In this document: positions 41,750 to 56,318 of the stretch, one piece after another | Numbering within the stretch: the first letter of the stretch is position 1 | Layout of the letters: the number at the start of each line of letters is the position of its first letter | From: Octopus sinensis | Taxonomy: Eukaryota | Reading direction: 5' to 3' | Assembly: GCF_006345805.1 (NCBI RefSeq) | Contig: NC_042998.1 | Span: 62,806,001 to 62,870,000, forward strand | DNA: 64,000 bases | Made by a program: the position numbers and the translations under genes | The notes under the pieces: model-generated | Databases searched by the model: none | What the model was told of the DNA's origin: nothing | The model's input: the letters and a program-made list of their open reading frames with translations, nothing else

Positions 41750-41994
41750 TGATCAGACCACGTATGGATAATTCATTCATCCATTTATATATATATATAT
41801 ATATAATATATAATATATATATATATATATAAATGGATGAATGAATTATCCTTTGTTCATACATTTACATATTCTTCTACAGATTATCTTATTTACTTAT
41901 ATATGTATATATTTCTTCAGAACACACCCTTTGTGGTAAGGCGATTTGACGTCTATCTCTAGCCTATAAGAATCTACTTTAGTGGTCATTCCTC

Positions 41995-43970
<1,976 letters not shown>

Positions 43971-44474
43971 TAAGGTCATATTATTTACTTTTTGTCTCAT
44001 AATTTAATAAACCGTCGGTTTGATTACAGAAAAGCATGCAATACGACGAAACGGTGTTTAATTGTTATTTGAAGCTAGGAGAATTAATTGATTTTGTCTT
44101 ATCGAAAGTAATGAGAAGCATTAAACATTATGAACCTGCGCAGGTTTAACAATTAGCCTGACGTGAATATTTCCAAGTGAATGATGTCAGCTCTAATTAC
44201 AACGCAGAGACAGACAGAAAAAGAAAAAAAAAAGACAAAACAAACTAAACAAAAATAAAACAGTAACAAGGTTGGCTGTGCGGTAAGAAACTTGATTCAA
44301 AACCACCGTGGTTTCGAGTTGGGTTCCACCACATGGCACCTTGGACAAAGGTCTTCTACTGTATCCCCGGACCGACGAAATCCCTGTACCTGGATTTGGT
44401 AGACAGAAACTGAAATGAGTATATCGTGTATATATATATGTATAATATATATATATTATATATATAGATATATA

Positions 44475-44548
<74 letters not shown>

Positions 44549-44549
44549 G

Positions 44550-44885
44550 TTGTTGTTTCGGCTCGGAGTTGTGTCCATGCTGGAGCACCTCCGGAGATCC
44601 TTCTCTAATATGTGGTATTTGGTGTAGAATGAAGCTTGATGTAGCTACCGTCATTTGTGCAGGTTCCTCGAGGGTCTTTCGGAGAATATTCAAAAGCTGT
44701 GGGCCCCTGAAACCCAGGCTGTTGTAGTAACTTGTCCTGAAGTGCGATGGCATTGTTGGGATCTTTGGTACTGTGCGGTGTCAACCCGTTCTGGCATTGG
44801 TATAGCTTTCAATGTCAAAATTTGGCACAATCCCTTCCAGGACTTCCCAGGTGTATATTACTGTATACCTCTCCCGCCTTCGCAC
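44550..44885 (-). mobile_element. 3' fragment of a CR1-group LINE
   Basis: ERYTVIYTWEVLEGIVPNF...YYNSLGFRGPQLLNIL resembles the C-terminus of CR1/L2-group ORF2; a short 3' UTR follows. Confidence 0.65.
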
Positions 44886-45950
44886 TGCATATGCAGTGCC
44901 ACACACTGACTCCCATGTCTTCTGATCTTAACTGACTGGAAGTGTTATCATGTGCATTGCTTTGTCTTGATATAAATGATGGGCTACAGCAAATATTCTG
45001 TTCAATACCATAGATTTACTGGTCTGTTACTTGACCATAACCGGTTGAGCATATCCCTTAGTGGCTGATGATATGTGTATCTCTGATCACGACCAGGAGT
45101 AGTGGGGGAGTATCACAGCCATGTGTTGAGAGGAATTCTTTGGAGTTTGGATAATTCACCTCTGGAAACATGGGCATTCTGTTCAACATCCTTAAACAAC
45201 CATTATTCAGGGACCTTTTGTACGTGATAGGATACTCGACTCGAAGAAAATTCACCATGTCACGCACATATGGTTGTGATTCATGTGCCTGGTGTACCCT
45301 CATTAGACGGGTTGTCATAATGGTTATATTGGGCCCCGTATATGTTACACCAGTGTCACTTTGATGGCATGCATTTACATATATATATTTGTGTGCATGT
45401 GTATGTCTTTGTGTATGTCTCCTACCACCGCTTGACAACCAGTGCCGGTTTGTTTACAATCCCATTACTTAACGGTTCGACAAAAGAGACAGTTTTTACC
45501 ACGTTCACAAAGTAAGTCAATTTGTCCGACTAAAACACTTCAAGACTTTGCTCCAACATGGCCGCACTCTAATGACGGAAACAAGTAAAATATAAAACAT
45601 AAACAAACTACTACAAATATGAGAACCAATGGTCCGGTAGAAGTGACGCATAAGTAGCAGCAGCAGCAGCAGTAGTAGTAGTAATAGCAGCAGCAGCAGA
45701 AACAAGGGTTGTTGTGGATACTTCAGTAATGACATTGAAATACCAAAAGGAAGGTACATGATTTGTATTGCTTCTTGCCTTCGACGCTTAAATTCGTCGG
45801 GGCGTCTTCATGACAACGGCTTGACTTACGTATCATAAAATTGGTGGAGGTTCACCTTGTTTTTTCAAGGGCTGAGCTCAGCTGATTTCTTCTTCTTCTT
45901 CTTCTTCTTCTAGAGAGAGAGAGAGAAAGGGTGAAAGAGTGAGAGAGAGA

Positions 45951-46215
45951 GAGAGAGACAGAGTGAGAGAGAAACTAATGGAAAACTAATCGAGGAATCC
46001 CCTATGCTGTTACTTGACCTGCTAGAAATGATAGCTATCTCTCTCTCAAGCCTCAACCAGCCAGCCTACTGTTCTGAAATAACGAACGGTTTATTGGTTC
46101 GTATCTAGTATATTCATTCGGCACAATGACAAGTGTTTTGAGAGAGGGGGAGGGGGAGAGGGGAGGGGTGGATAGTTAAATAGATAGCTAGAGAAAGAGA
46201 GAGAGCGGGAGACAA

Positions 46216-46247
<32 letters not shown>

Positions 46248-46501
46248 CAGAGTGAGAGAGAAACTAATGGAAAACTAATCGAGGAATCCCCTATGCTGTT
46301 ACTTGACCTGCTAGAAATGATAGCTATCTCTCTCTCAAGCCTCAACCAGCCAGCCTACTGTTCTGAAATAACGAACGGTTTATTGGTTCGTATCTAGTAT
46401 ATTCATTCGGCACAATGACAAGTGTTTTGAGAGAGGGGGAGGGGGAGAGGGGAGGGGTGGATAGTTAAATAGATAGCTAGAGAAAGAGAGAGAGCGGGAG
46501 A

Positions 46502-46525
<24 letters not shown>
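45951..46525 (+). repeat. Identical tandem duplication (~286-bp unit) bounded by (GA)n
   Basis: 45951-46236 equals 46240-46525 by eye; period 289. Confidence 0.92.
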
Positions 46526-46541
<16 letters not shown>

Positions 46542-46721
46542 AAATCGGATCTGGTACTTGATTATTTATTGACTGCGCGAAACATAACCCTTGAGATGCC
46601 TTCCACGGGATTTGAACTCAGAACGCTAAAGAAAAGCCGGAACAATATCGCTAGGCAATTTATACAACGCTCAACCGACAGAACCATTTCGTCGCCTTGC
46701 ACAAACTATTTTCCGTAATAT

Positions 46722-46955
46722 ATATTTCTTTACTACCCACAAGGGGCTAAACACAGAGGGGACAAACAAGGACAGACAAAGGGATTAAGTCGATTACACT
46801 GACCCCAGTGCATAGCTGGTACTTAATTTATCGACCCCGAAAGGATGAAAGGCAAAGTCGACCTCGGCGGAATTTGAACTCACAACGTAGCGGCAGACGA
46901 AATACTGCTAAGCATTTCACCCGGCGTGCTAACGTTTCTGCCAGCTCGCCGCCTA
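46722..46955 (-). mobile_element. Family C SINE with Tx1-like tail
   Basis: Full head (aggcggcgagctggcagaaacg), core and tail ...tttagccccttgtgggtagtaaagaaata. Confidence 0.85.
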
Positions 46956-47229
46956 TATAATTCTGATCGTAATATAATTCTGATCGTTTCGAGATGTGTA
47001 CGAGTGTTACACTTTTATAACAATAACTATGAATTAAAGCCGAAGGCAATGGAATCTTTTAACATAACAAGGTTCGCTCGAACTTCCAATAATGTTATCG
47101 ATGGAACAGAATCAAATGCACATTCGAAATATTTCAGGTGTTTTCTATTTTTATTTTCGTCTGCTCATCTCTTGCTTAGAGAGAATGTTTTTACAGTATT
47201 ATTTCACTGATAGTGCATTACAAAATAAT

Positions 47230-47530
47230 GAAGGCGCGTAGTTTAGTAGTTTAGATGCGATCGAAAAAAGCGGTGATGTGTTGTATCCTTGAGCAAGATT
47301 TTTTAAAATTTCACATTGCTCCAGTTCACTCAGCTGGCGAAAATGAGTTATACCTGTAATTCAAAGGGGCCAGCCTTGTCACATTCTGTGCCATGCTGAA
47401 TCTCCCTGAGACCTACGTTAAGGTTACGCGTGTCTGTGGAATGTTCAGCCACATGCACGTTAATTTCACGTTCAGGTTGTTCCGTTGATCGGATCAACCG
47501 AAACCCCCATCGTCGAAACCGACGGAATGC
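47230..47530 (+). mobile_element. Family A tRNA-SINE
   Basis: gaaggcgcgt head and family A body. Confidence 0.75.
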
Positions 47531-49379
47531 CAGTACATTACATTATTATTTCACTCATTGCTTTGTAATGTTTAAATTTATCTCAGTTCTTCTGAGTTAT
47601 TTTTATGTTGAGTATAAACTAGATATTGATAAATTAATGACGAGCTATGCCGTCAGAAACAATCAGCAAATTCGGTTATCCATTACGGTGCTAGCCTAAT
47701 TCTGAACATCAACGATATTGGAAGAATACATTTACATTCTTATTTCCCCCGCAGCGAGGCTTTGTATTGCTTAAAGTTATTGGAACTGATTTGCGTTGTG
47801 TTTTTCATGAAATAGATAATGTAGATAGATTAATTTATGCACGAAACTAAAAAAGTAAAGAATATTCATAAAAAGCGGAACATCTACGGTAACTGTTTGT
47901 GCAACATAATATTTATCAGGGCTATCGCATTATTTCATTCTTCACTATTTTCGTAAACATCAATTTTAGTTTTTCAATTCCACGCCATGATGGCGCCTAT
48001 CATGTATATAAGGAATCCGTGAAAAATTTTGGAGCTGATTTTTTATTCGCATGTTTTTGTACATATTTTTGACCAAGTGAAATATGATGAAACCATCGCA
48101 TACACAGCTATAGAAATAGATGTTAGTTGTTATATTAAAATTTTTTTTCAATGTCATCTGTTGTAATAAAGAAACCAGTACGTGTTATGTATGAAAAGTA
48201 AAAACATTTCTAGTTTGGTTGAATGAGTTAGGGTGATTGTGACTTCGAGGTATATGTGGTACCAGGCGGATTATCTGATTTCCTCAACCGACAAGCAAAT
48301 ATTTTTGTCTTTCCCTCCTGTCTTCGAATCGATTATTTATGTAAAATATATTGTGATAGCGTATGAGACTCTGTTAATCTCTACCTCGACATTCATTTAC
48401 GAAGCTAAAAAACATAGCTGAGAATATCGCCCCAGAGGAAATTTTATTCATTTTTTTTTTATCAAGTGAAAGAATTTTTATCTTTTGCGTATTAATATAG
48501 AATATTGATTTATTTGAACCACCACAAAAGCGAAACATAGGCTCTATTTTTCTATGCTGCATTTTACTGATCTCTAAGTAAAGATGGATAACGAAAGATA
48601 AAGAATGTCGGTGTGCAAATTCACATATTCATTAAGAAAGGAAGCCCTATGCAGTGCAGCCGTGGTCTGAATTTTCTCAGCCCCTGATGTATATGACTGT
48701 TAATTTTAACAATTCTATAACATACAGTATCTCGACTTGACCATATCCACGGTGGTCTATAGGGCCAGTAAACAGATTTTGTAGCATCTCTGGTGAGAAG
48801 GGGTTATCACTTCCTTCTTCAACCCTTCTTCACTAGACCACAAACCCTCACTACTCTTATATAGACATTATAAATATTAAACAACGGGACTTATTTCTTT
48901 TCATTGTGTTAGAAACTAGTCGTTTGGCGTTTATCAAAGTGGCAACACCGAATGCTAGAAATAGCAACCATTTTTTTCTTAAATTACTCTCTTCGCAGTG
49001 CATAAATTGAGAATAAAGGATAATGTTCTCATAAAACTTTTAAAATAGGGATCATCTCCAATGAGATGTCTTTGATCACAGGTTCTCTGTATAAGGGTTC
49101 ATTTGGTCGTAAGATTTCGGTTGATTTGATCACTTCTATTCCTGGACAGGGCAATGAGTTGTGTTCTTAAGCAAAACACTTCATTTCACGTTTCTCCAGT
49201 CCACTCAGCTGCCAAAACGAGTAACATTGCAACGAACCAGCTTCCCATCCAGGAAGGAGTATATATGTGGTCTTATCAATAGATATCCGGATTGTTGCCA
49301 TAGTAACGAAGCTAAAACACGCAAAGTGAAGCCACTTGTCACAGATTGGCCTTGAACTATTTTGTGCATGCACACTAAG

Positions 49380-50060
49380 ATTTAACGTTCCAGATCATTT
49401 CTGCTATTTACAGCAGTGCTTGCAAGGAACTTGTATAACGTCGGATCGTCGCATTGACCATGACAGAGAAAGTTGAGCAGAGAAACCGCATCAAATTTTG
49501 CCAAAAGCTTGGAGATAACTGCTCAGAGGCCTACGCAAAGATTCCAAAAAGTTTTCATCGTTCTTGATACAATCAGGGAAATCTTGGGCAACGGAAGCTC
49601 GGGTGTTTTTTATTTTTTTGGTGGTGTGGTCAGCTGAAGGCAGTTTTGGCACAAAATTGGCAGACAAGTATCTCATACCCAAATCGTCAGTGATAATGGA
49701 CTGAAATGAACCATAATTAATCTGCACATCCTCTGATAACTCACAGATGGTGATTCGACGATATCTCCTTACAGCCACACGCAAATATCTAATTCTTTTT
49801 CTTTGTTTTGCTGGTTACGGGTCTCTGAGACCATTTCGTCAATATCGACAATGTTTGGGCCGTCTTAGAAACTTCTGAACGACTCATACGCTTGTGGGCA
49901 GATCATACATTCCTCTCCATGCACTTTCTGCAACTTTGCGCCGGCCTCTGCTAAACTTTCTCTGTCATGGTCAATGCGACCATAACACGCTACACAAATC
50001 ACGTTCCTTCCAATTACTGCTGTAAACAGCGAAAGTGAGCTAGAACATTAAAACTTACTG
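49380..50060. mobile_element. Rearranged irritans-like mariner 5' fragments in convergent orientation
   Basis: Plus strand encodes MTEKVEQRNRIKFCQKLGDNCSEAYAK from ~49457. Minus strand encodes MTEK... and SIITDDLGMRYLSANFVPKL. Related to 39895-41107. Confidence 0.8.
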
Positions 50061-50133
50061 CGCATACACAGTAGAGTTTAAGGCCAATCTTTGCCAAGCG
50101 GCTTGATTCTGCGTGCTTTAGCTTCTTTACCAT

Positions 50134-50521
50134 AGCAATAACCGCTGACCACTTCCCAGCACCCATACCATCATCCACACACACATGCACACAAGCACAC
50201 GCCAAGGTCACCGGTCCCCTTCCACACGCACATACATGCTCTCACATACACACTCACGCGCACCTTCGTTTTAGGATCACCACTACTTTATCATCTCCCC
50301 TTCTTCCTAGCTCTCCTGAGTGGCCCCTCTGTCTGGCATTCGCCATGATAGATCGTTAGCCATTAAAAGTTTTTTTATTTTCTCTCCCTGTTTATTTCTG
50401 TGTTCCTTTCTGTCGAAGAGCGTAAGTTCGAAACGTAAAAGACTCTGAATTCTTGAGTGTTAAACAAATACATGTTTGTTTTTTACACACCGTCTTGTCT
50501 TCGTCTTATGTTATTTTGTAA

Positions 50522-50574
<53 letters not shown>

Positions 50575-50920
50575 GGTACTGACCAATTCCCAGCATCAAC
50601 ACCATCATCCACGTACGTACACATGCACATACGCACGTGCAACTTCGTTTTGTGATCATCACTACTTTATTATACCCCTTACTTCCTAGCTCTCCTGTCT
50701 GACCACCTCTGTCCGCCATTCGCCATGGTAGATCGCTAGCCACAAAACCCTTTTTTAAAATTTTCTCTCCCTGTTTATTTCTGTGTTCCTTTCTGTCGAA
50801 GAGCGTAGGCTACAAACGTAAAGGACTTTCTCACTTCCCGAGCGTTAAACTAATACATCTGTTTGTTGTTTCCACACCCGTCTTCGTCTTTTGTTTGTTT
50901 TTTTGTAAATTCCCACAATA
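50134..50920 (+). mobile_element. Tandem pair of diverged PLE-like terminal repeats, each with a hammerhead-like motif
   Basis: Units ~50134-50522 and ~50578-50920, separated by (TA)n; CTGTCGA cores at 50410 and 50793. Confidence 0.65.
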
Positions 50921-50921
50921 T

Positions 50922-51380
<459 letters not shown>

Positions 51381-52208
51381 ATAAATGTATACCTGAAAAT
51401 AGGAACTGAACTTAGCGTGCACATACAACATCCGTCTCTTCCTCAAAGTTGACTTCATTATCATTATCATCATCATCATCATCTTCATTACCATACACCA
51501 CTACACCACCACCAACAACAACAACAGCAACAACTTAACCACCACCGATACCAGCACGACATTCTCCTCCATCTTCTTGCTATTACCATAATCCTGATTC
51601 TTATTGTCAAACCACCAATAGCAACATCGTCCTCGTCGTCGTCGTCGTCGTCATCATCATCATCATCCTCATCATCATCATGAACGGCAACAATTCCAAT
51701 AGTTGCTATTAAATGCTTATTATGTCGAAGATTCTGGATCTACGTGTTCCATCACATTCGAAGTAATAACAAATTTTCTTGAGTGCCTTAAGGCAATTCC
51801 TTTTATCAATAGTCAGACATTGTTCAGTAAACATGAATGTAACATACTGGGACAAATCCAGTCGCATAGATTTCTCAGCTGCATGCATTTCATTTGTGCC
51901 TTAGGGAGAAGCTAATATTTCGTTTCTGAAACACTGGATACCAAAAGGAATTAGCTACGAGAAGTAGCGGACTAAATGAATACATTATTGTGTTTACTTC
52001 TGTTTCTCCATAATCTGCTTGAAATCCCACAGTGAATCGCCTTACTCTTTCATATCTTCGGGTTTAGTACAATAAGTCCATATAGAAAGACACCGGGTTC
52101 GATTATATTGGTTAGTGGCCTCTTCAACAATAATTATAAAGTAAAAACAAACAAATAAACAAACAAACAAACACTGCAACATAATTTGCTTAGACTATTC
52201 CGACATGT

Positions 52209-52530
52209 GAAGGTACGTGGCTTAGTGGTTAGGGCATTCGGCTCACGATCGCAAGGTCGTGCGTTCAATTCCTGGTGACGCGTTGTGTCCTTGAGCAAGA
52301 CACTTTATTTCATGTTGCTCCAGTTCACTCATTGTGGTAAAAATGAGCAGTACCTGTATTTCAAAGGACTAGCTTTGTCACACTCTGTGTCACGCTGAAT
52401 TTCCCTGAGAACTAATTTAAGTGTACACGCGTCTCCGGGGTGCTCAACCATTTGCATGTTAATTTCACGCGTAAGCTTTTCCGTTGATCGTATCAGCTGG
52501 GACCCTCGTCGTCGTAACCGACGGAGTGTT
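52209..52530 (+). mobile_element. Family A tRNA-SINE
   Basis: gtggcttagtggttagg A-box region, gttcaattcc B-box and family A body. Confidence 0.82.
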
Positions 52531-54340
52531 CCTTTTATTCCGACATGTACATCGAATTTCTTCTTACCAGTATTCACCACCAAAAATGTTACATCAACTT
52601 TATACACGAAGACAAATTTGGAGGGCATAAAATTCCATGTGAAATTCAGCAGGATTTGGAAAATAGCGACGATTTTTCAATATTTATTCTATATATTACG
52701 ACAATTTCTACACGGGAAAATCCGATGTTTAAAGTTTACTTTCTAAATTAAAATAATGAAGTCCAAAAGGAAGCACACAAAACCCTTCCTGGCTCCTATT
52801 TTTTGTGGTGTCAACACAATTGAGGGTCATTGTTAACTTAAATTTATTCCACCAGGTCAAGAAGTGAATGATGTACAAATAAACTATTTTTTAGTTATGG
52901 ATATTAATGTTTTTCTATGACTGCTGTAAGAATTAGTCTTGGAGAGTAGAGTTATCAGAATCATTCTTACGGATTACATTTACATGATAAAAAGCATAAC
53001 AACCATCGAAATACAAATTATGTTACGTAGCAAGTAATGTTTCCTCGTAAAACTGACACAGCACAATTGGATGCAAACATACAGACTAACAGAGGGAAAC
53101 AATATATATAAAAATATATCTTTAGTTATTTATGTTCAGATGGGAAAAAATGAAACATTACAGATATAATATTGATAATGTTAACCACGTATTTTGGTAA
53201 ACAATTTTTATTAGATGATAGATATATAAAGATAAAAGGAGAGATAGAGAGATAGATAGACAGTGAGAGAGAAGGAGAAGTGAAAGATAAAAAAAATGGA
53301 AGCGAGAAAAACGAAAGATATAAAATGTATGGTTGAGGTGGTGGTGGGAGTGAGAAAAAGATAAAAAAATAAGAAAGTAAATCATAAGAATATTTATAGA
53401 TTAACATGCACGTATATCAAACTTACACCAATTTATGAGAAAACGAATGGCAAGATATTAATATATATCACGGAAAAGTGTGATGAATTGAAGATATGTT
53501 CTCTCGGTGAAATTCTCTGGTTTATAGATGATATGGAATGAGAAGAAACACAGCTGAATAATGATTTTAAAAAGACGCTCCAATGTCTGCTATTCACACA
53601 GAGATTCGCTGTGGAGGAGATTGAATTTCTTGGAGAATAATGATTTCTGAAGGTCTGTGAGCGTCTCAAGTTGCAAGAATCTCGCTGAATTAATAAAAGC
53701 AGTTTTAGATTTTAGAAGATTAGTCATGTTCTTTTAATTGTTTTTGCTTATATAAGAAGAGTTAACTTCATTGTTAGATTGAATGACAGCAGCCGATCTA
53801 AAATTTCGAACCCCGGTATCGGCTACAATACAGGATGTCACGTTTAAAGATGATTTATTTGGTAGTAACCAAGCGGAACTTCTCGTCTTTCACGACTGTT
53901 TATTATCTGGCTTGTCTGCTTCAAGAACTTCTCCATTTACACCGAACAGTTTGAAGTGTAATGGAAGAGATTTAACAAGACCGAGCAGATATCCACGTCT
54001 AATTTATTGACAATGTCTCTAAAAGCCTAAAAACAATTACCAAAAAAATAGGAGAAAAAAATCTCAAACGAAAATATTTTATTATTTTTATACTGCGTAT
54101 TTAATAATAATTATGTTAGTTCTTGTTTTTTAATATCTCCACGAAAAAGGAGAAATTTACAAAGAATTTTGTAAATTAGCGAACGAAGAATTGAATAAAA
54201 GTCAAAAAGTGATACGATGACCAAATTAACGATGACGGCATTCATATTAATTATTATCATCGTCATGGTATTAATGACAGTTCTAATGATGATGGCTGTG
54301 ATGATTGCTCCTTTAATGGTCATATAGTTCCTATATAATG

Positions 54341-54894
54341 TATTGGGTTGTCCGGAAAGTTCGTGCCGATTTTTAAAGGAAAGAAAAAGGTCAATAAATA
54401 CTTGCCATTCCATTTTTAATCAACCAGATATGAACCATTTTGTTGCGCAATGCGTCTCCACCTTTCCTTTAACTTGAAAATACCCTCTTCCCAGAATTGA
54501 GGTGGTTTCATGGCAAAGAATTCATAAAGGTATCTTTTTATGTCATACAAGGAATTGAAATTTTTACCATTAAGACTATTCTGCAGAGACCTGAATAAGT
54601 GGAAATCCGAAGGAGCAATATCTGGTGAATATGGAGGGTGGGGTAACACATCCCAGCCGAGCTGCAGCAATTTTTGTCCGGTTCCCAAAGCAACAAGTGC
54701 CAAAAATGAACTTCCTTATCTTCCATTTTAAAGGGTTACAGAATTAACACAGGTTATAGGAATATAAATCTTCTTCCACGAAAACATAGCTTAAACTGTG
54801 CTTTAAATGGAAGAGTAGTCAAATCTTATTTTATGGACTCTACCATGTTCTAAAATAAGTCGAAATCGGCACGAACTTTCCGGACAACCCAAAC
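54341..54894 (-). mobile_element. Internally deleted mariner (mellifera-like) with both TIRs
   Basis: TIRs ttgggttgtccggaaagttcgtgccgattt and aaatcggcacgaactttccggacaacccaa. The transposase start MEDKEVHF.HLLL (54726) sits next to the C-terminal PYSPDIAPSDFHLFRSL region. Confidence 0.92.
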
Positions 54895-54912
54895 CACAAC
54901 AATAATCTTTTC

Positions 54913-54959
<47 letters not shown>

Positions 54960-54960
<1 letters not shown>

Positions 54961-55671
54961 TAATAAGGCCTGAAATATTTGAGGAGGGGACCAAACGATT
55001 ATATCGAACCCAGTACGCAACTGGTACATATTTTATCGATCCCGGATGAAAGTAAAAATCGACATCGACGGAATTTAAACTCAGAACATAAAGACGGACG
55101 AAATACCTATTTCTTTATTACCCACAAGGGGCTAAATATAGAGTGGACAAACAAGGACAGACATAGATATTAAGTCGACTACATCGACCCCAGTGCGTAA
55201 CTGGTACTTATTTAATCGACACCGAAAGTATGAAAGGCAAAGTCGACCTCGGCGGAATTTGAACTCACAACGTAACGGCAGACGAAATACCGCTAAGCAT
55301 TTTGACCGGCACGTTAAACACTTCTGCCCACTCACCGCCTTAAAGTAATAATTTTTTTCTACTCTAGGCACTAGGCCCGAAATTTTGGGGGATGGGGCCA
55401 GTCGATCAGTTCTACCCCAGTACTCAACTGGTACTTAATTTTATCTGTTTCTTTACTACCCACAAGGGGCTAAACACAGAGGGGAAAAACAAGGACAGAC
55501 AAACAGATTAAGTCGATTACATCGACCTCAGTGTGTAACTGGTACTTAAATTTATCGTCTCCGAAATTTGGCGGAATTTGAACTCAGAATGTAAAGACAG
55601 AGGAAATACTGCTAACAATTTTGCCCGGCAGTAATAATAATAATAATAATAATAATAAAAATAAAAAAAAA

Positions 55672-55723
<52 letters not shown>

Positions 55724-56125
55724 TTAATAATAATAATGATTTCAAATTTTGGCAAAAGGCCAGCAAGTTGGGGGTGAGTCGTGGTAAATCAATTACACCG
55801 ACCCCAGTATTCAACTGGTACTTAATTTTTGACCTCGAAAGGATGAAAGGTAACTTTAACCTGGGCGGAATTTGAACTCAGAACACGAAGCATTTTCACC
55901 GGCGTGCTAACGATTCTGCCAGAGGTAAAAGGCCTGAAATTTTGAGGGAGGGAGCCAGTAGATTGGATCGACCCCAGTACGCAATTGGTACTTAATTTTA
56001 TCGACCTCGAAAGGATGAAAGGTAAAGTCGACCTGGGCGGAATTTGAACTCAGAACGTAGCGGCAGACGAAATATCGCTAAGCAATTCACTCGGCGTGCT
56101 AACGTTTCTGCCGGCTCACCGCATT
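54960..56125 (-). mobile_element. Stack of about six co-oriented family C SINE units
   Basis: Repeated ctggtactt...atcgacc...ggcggaatttgaactca cores with three different tails. Confidence 0.85.
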
Positions 56126-56129
56126 CATG

Positions 56130-56318
56130 TATTAATAATAATAATGATTTTGATTTCATTTATTTGCCACAAGGGAGAACGCTTAGGAGTGTGACGATAC
56201 AAAGACAGTGTGGGGTTTAAATATAATGAAATGATAAAAGAAAAGAAACAAAGAAAGAAAGTATACACGATATATACTGAAAAAGAAGGCACATATGCAG
56301 AGCATACAAAGATTAACA
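56130..56318 (-). mobile_element. LINE-like 3' tail fused to the broken PLE reverse transcriptase
   Basis: Minus strand ends cccttgtggcaaataaatgaaatc plus (ATT)n, resembling the 3' end at 43300-43328. Confidence 0.45.

Noticed and set aside
51709-51899. 63-codon minus-strand open frame (GTNEMHAAEK...) as a host exon
   Set aside because: Weak AAG acceptor, no recognisable homology, and a length compatible with chance.
53783-54010. 75-aa ORF (MTAADLKF...) and similar short unique ORFs (e.g. 13260-13538, 53433-53669)
   Set aside because: No recognisable domains or splice context.
54960-56125. Regularly recurring motif as a CRISPR-like array
   Set aside because: The units are long, diverged SINE fragments in eukaryotic DNA, with no constant repeat/spacer lengths and no cas genes.
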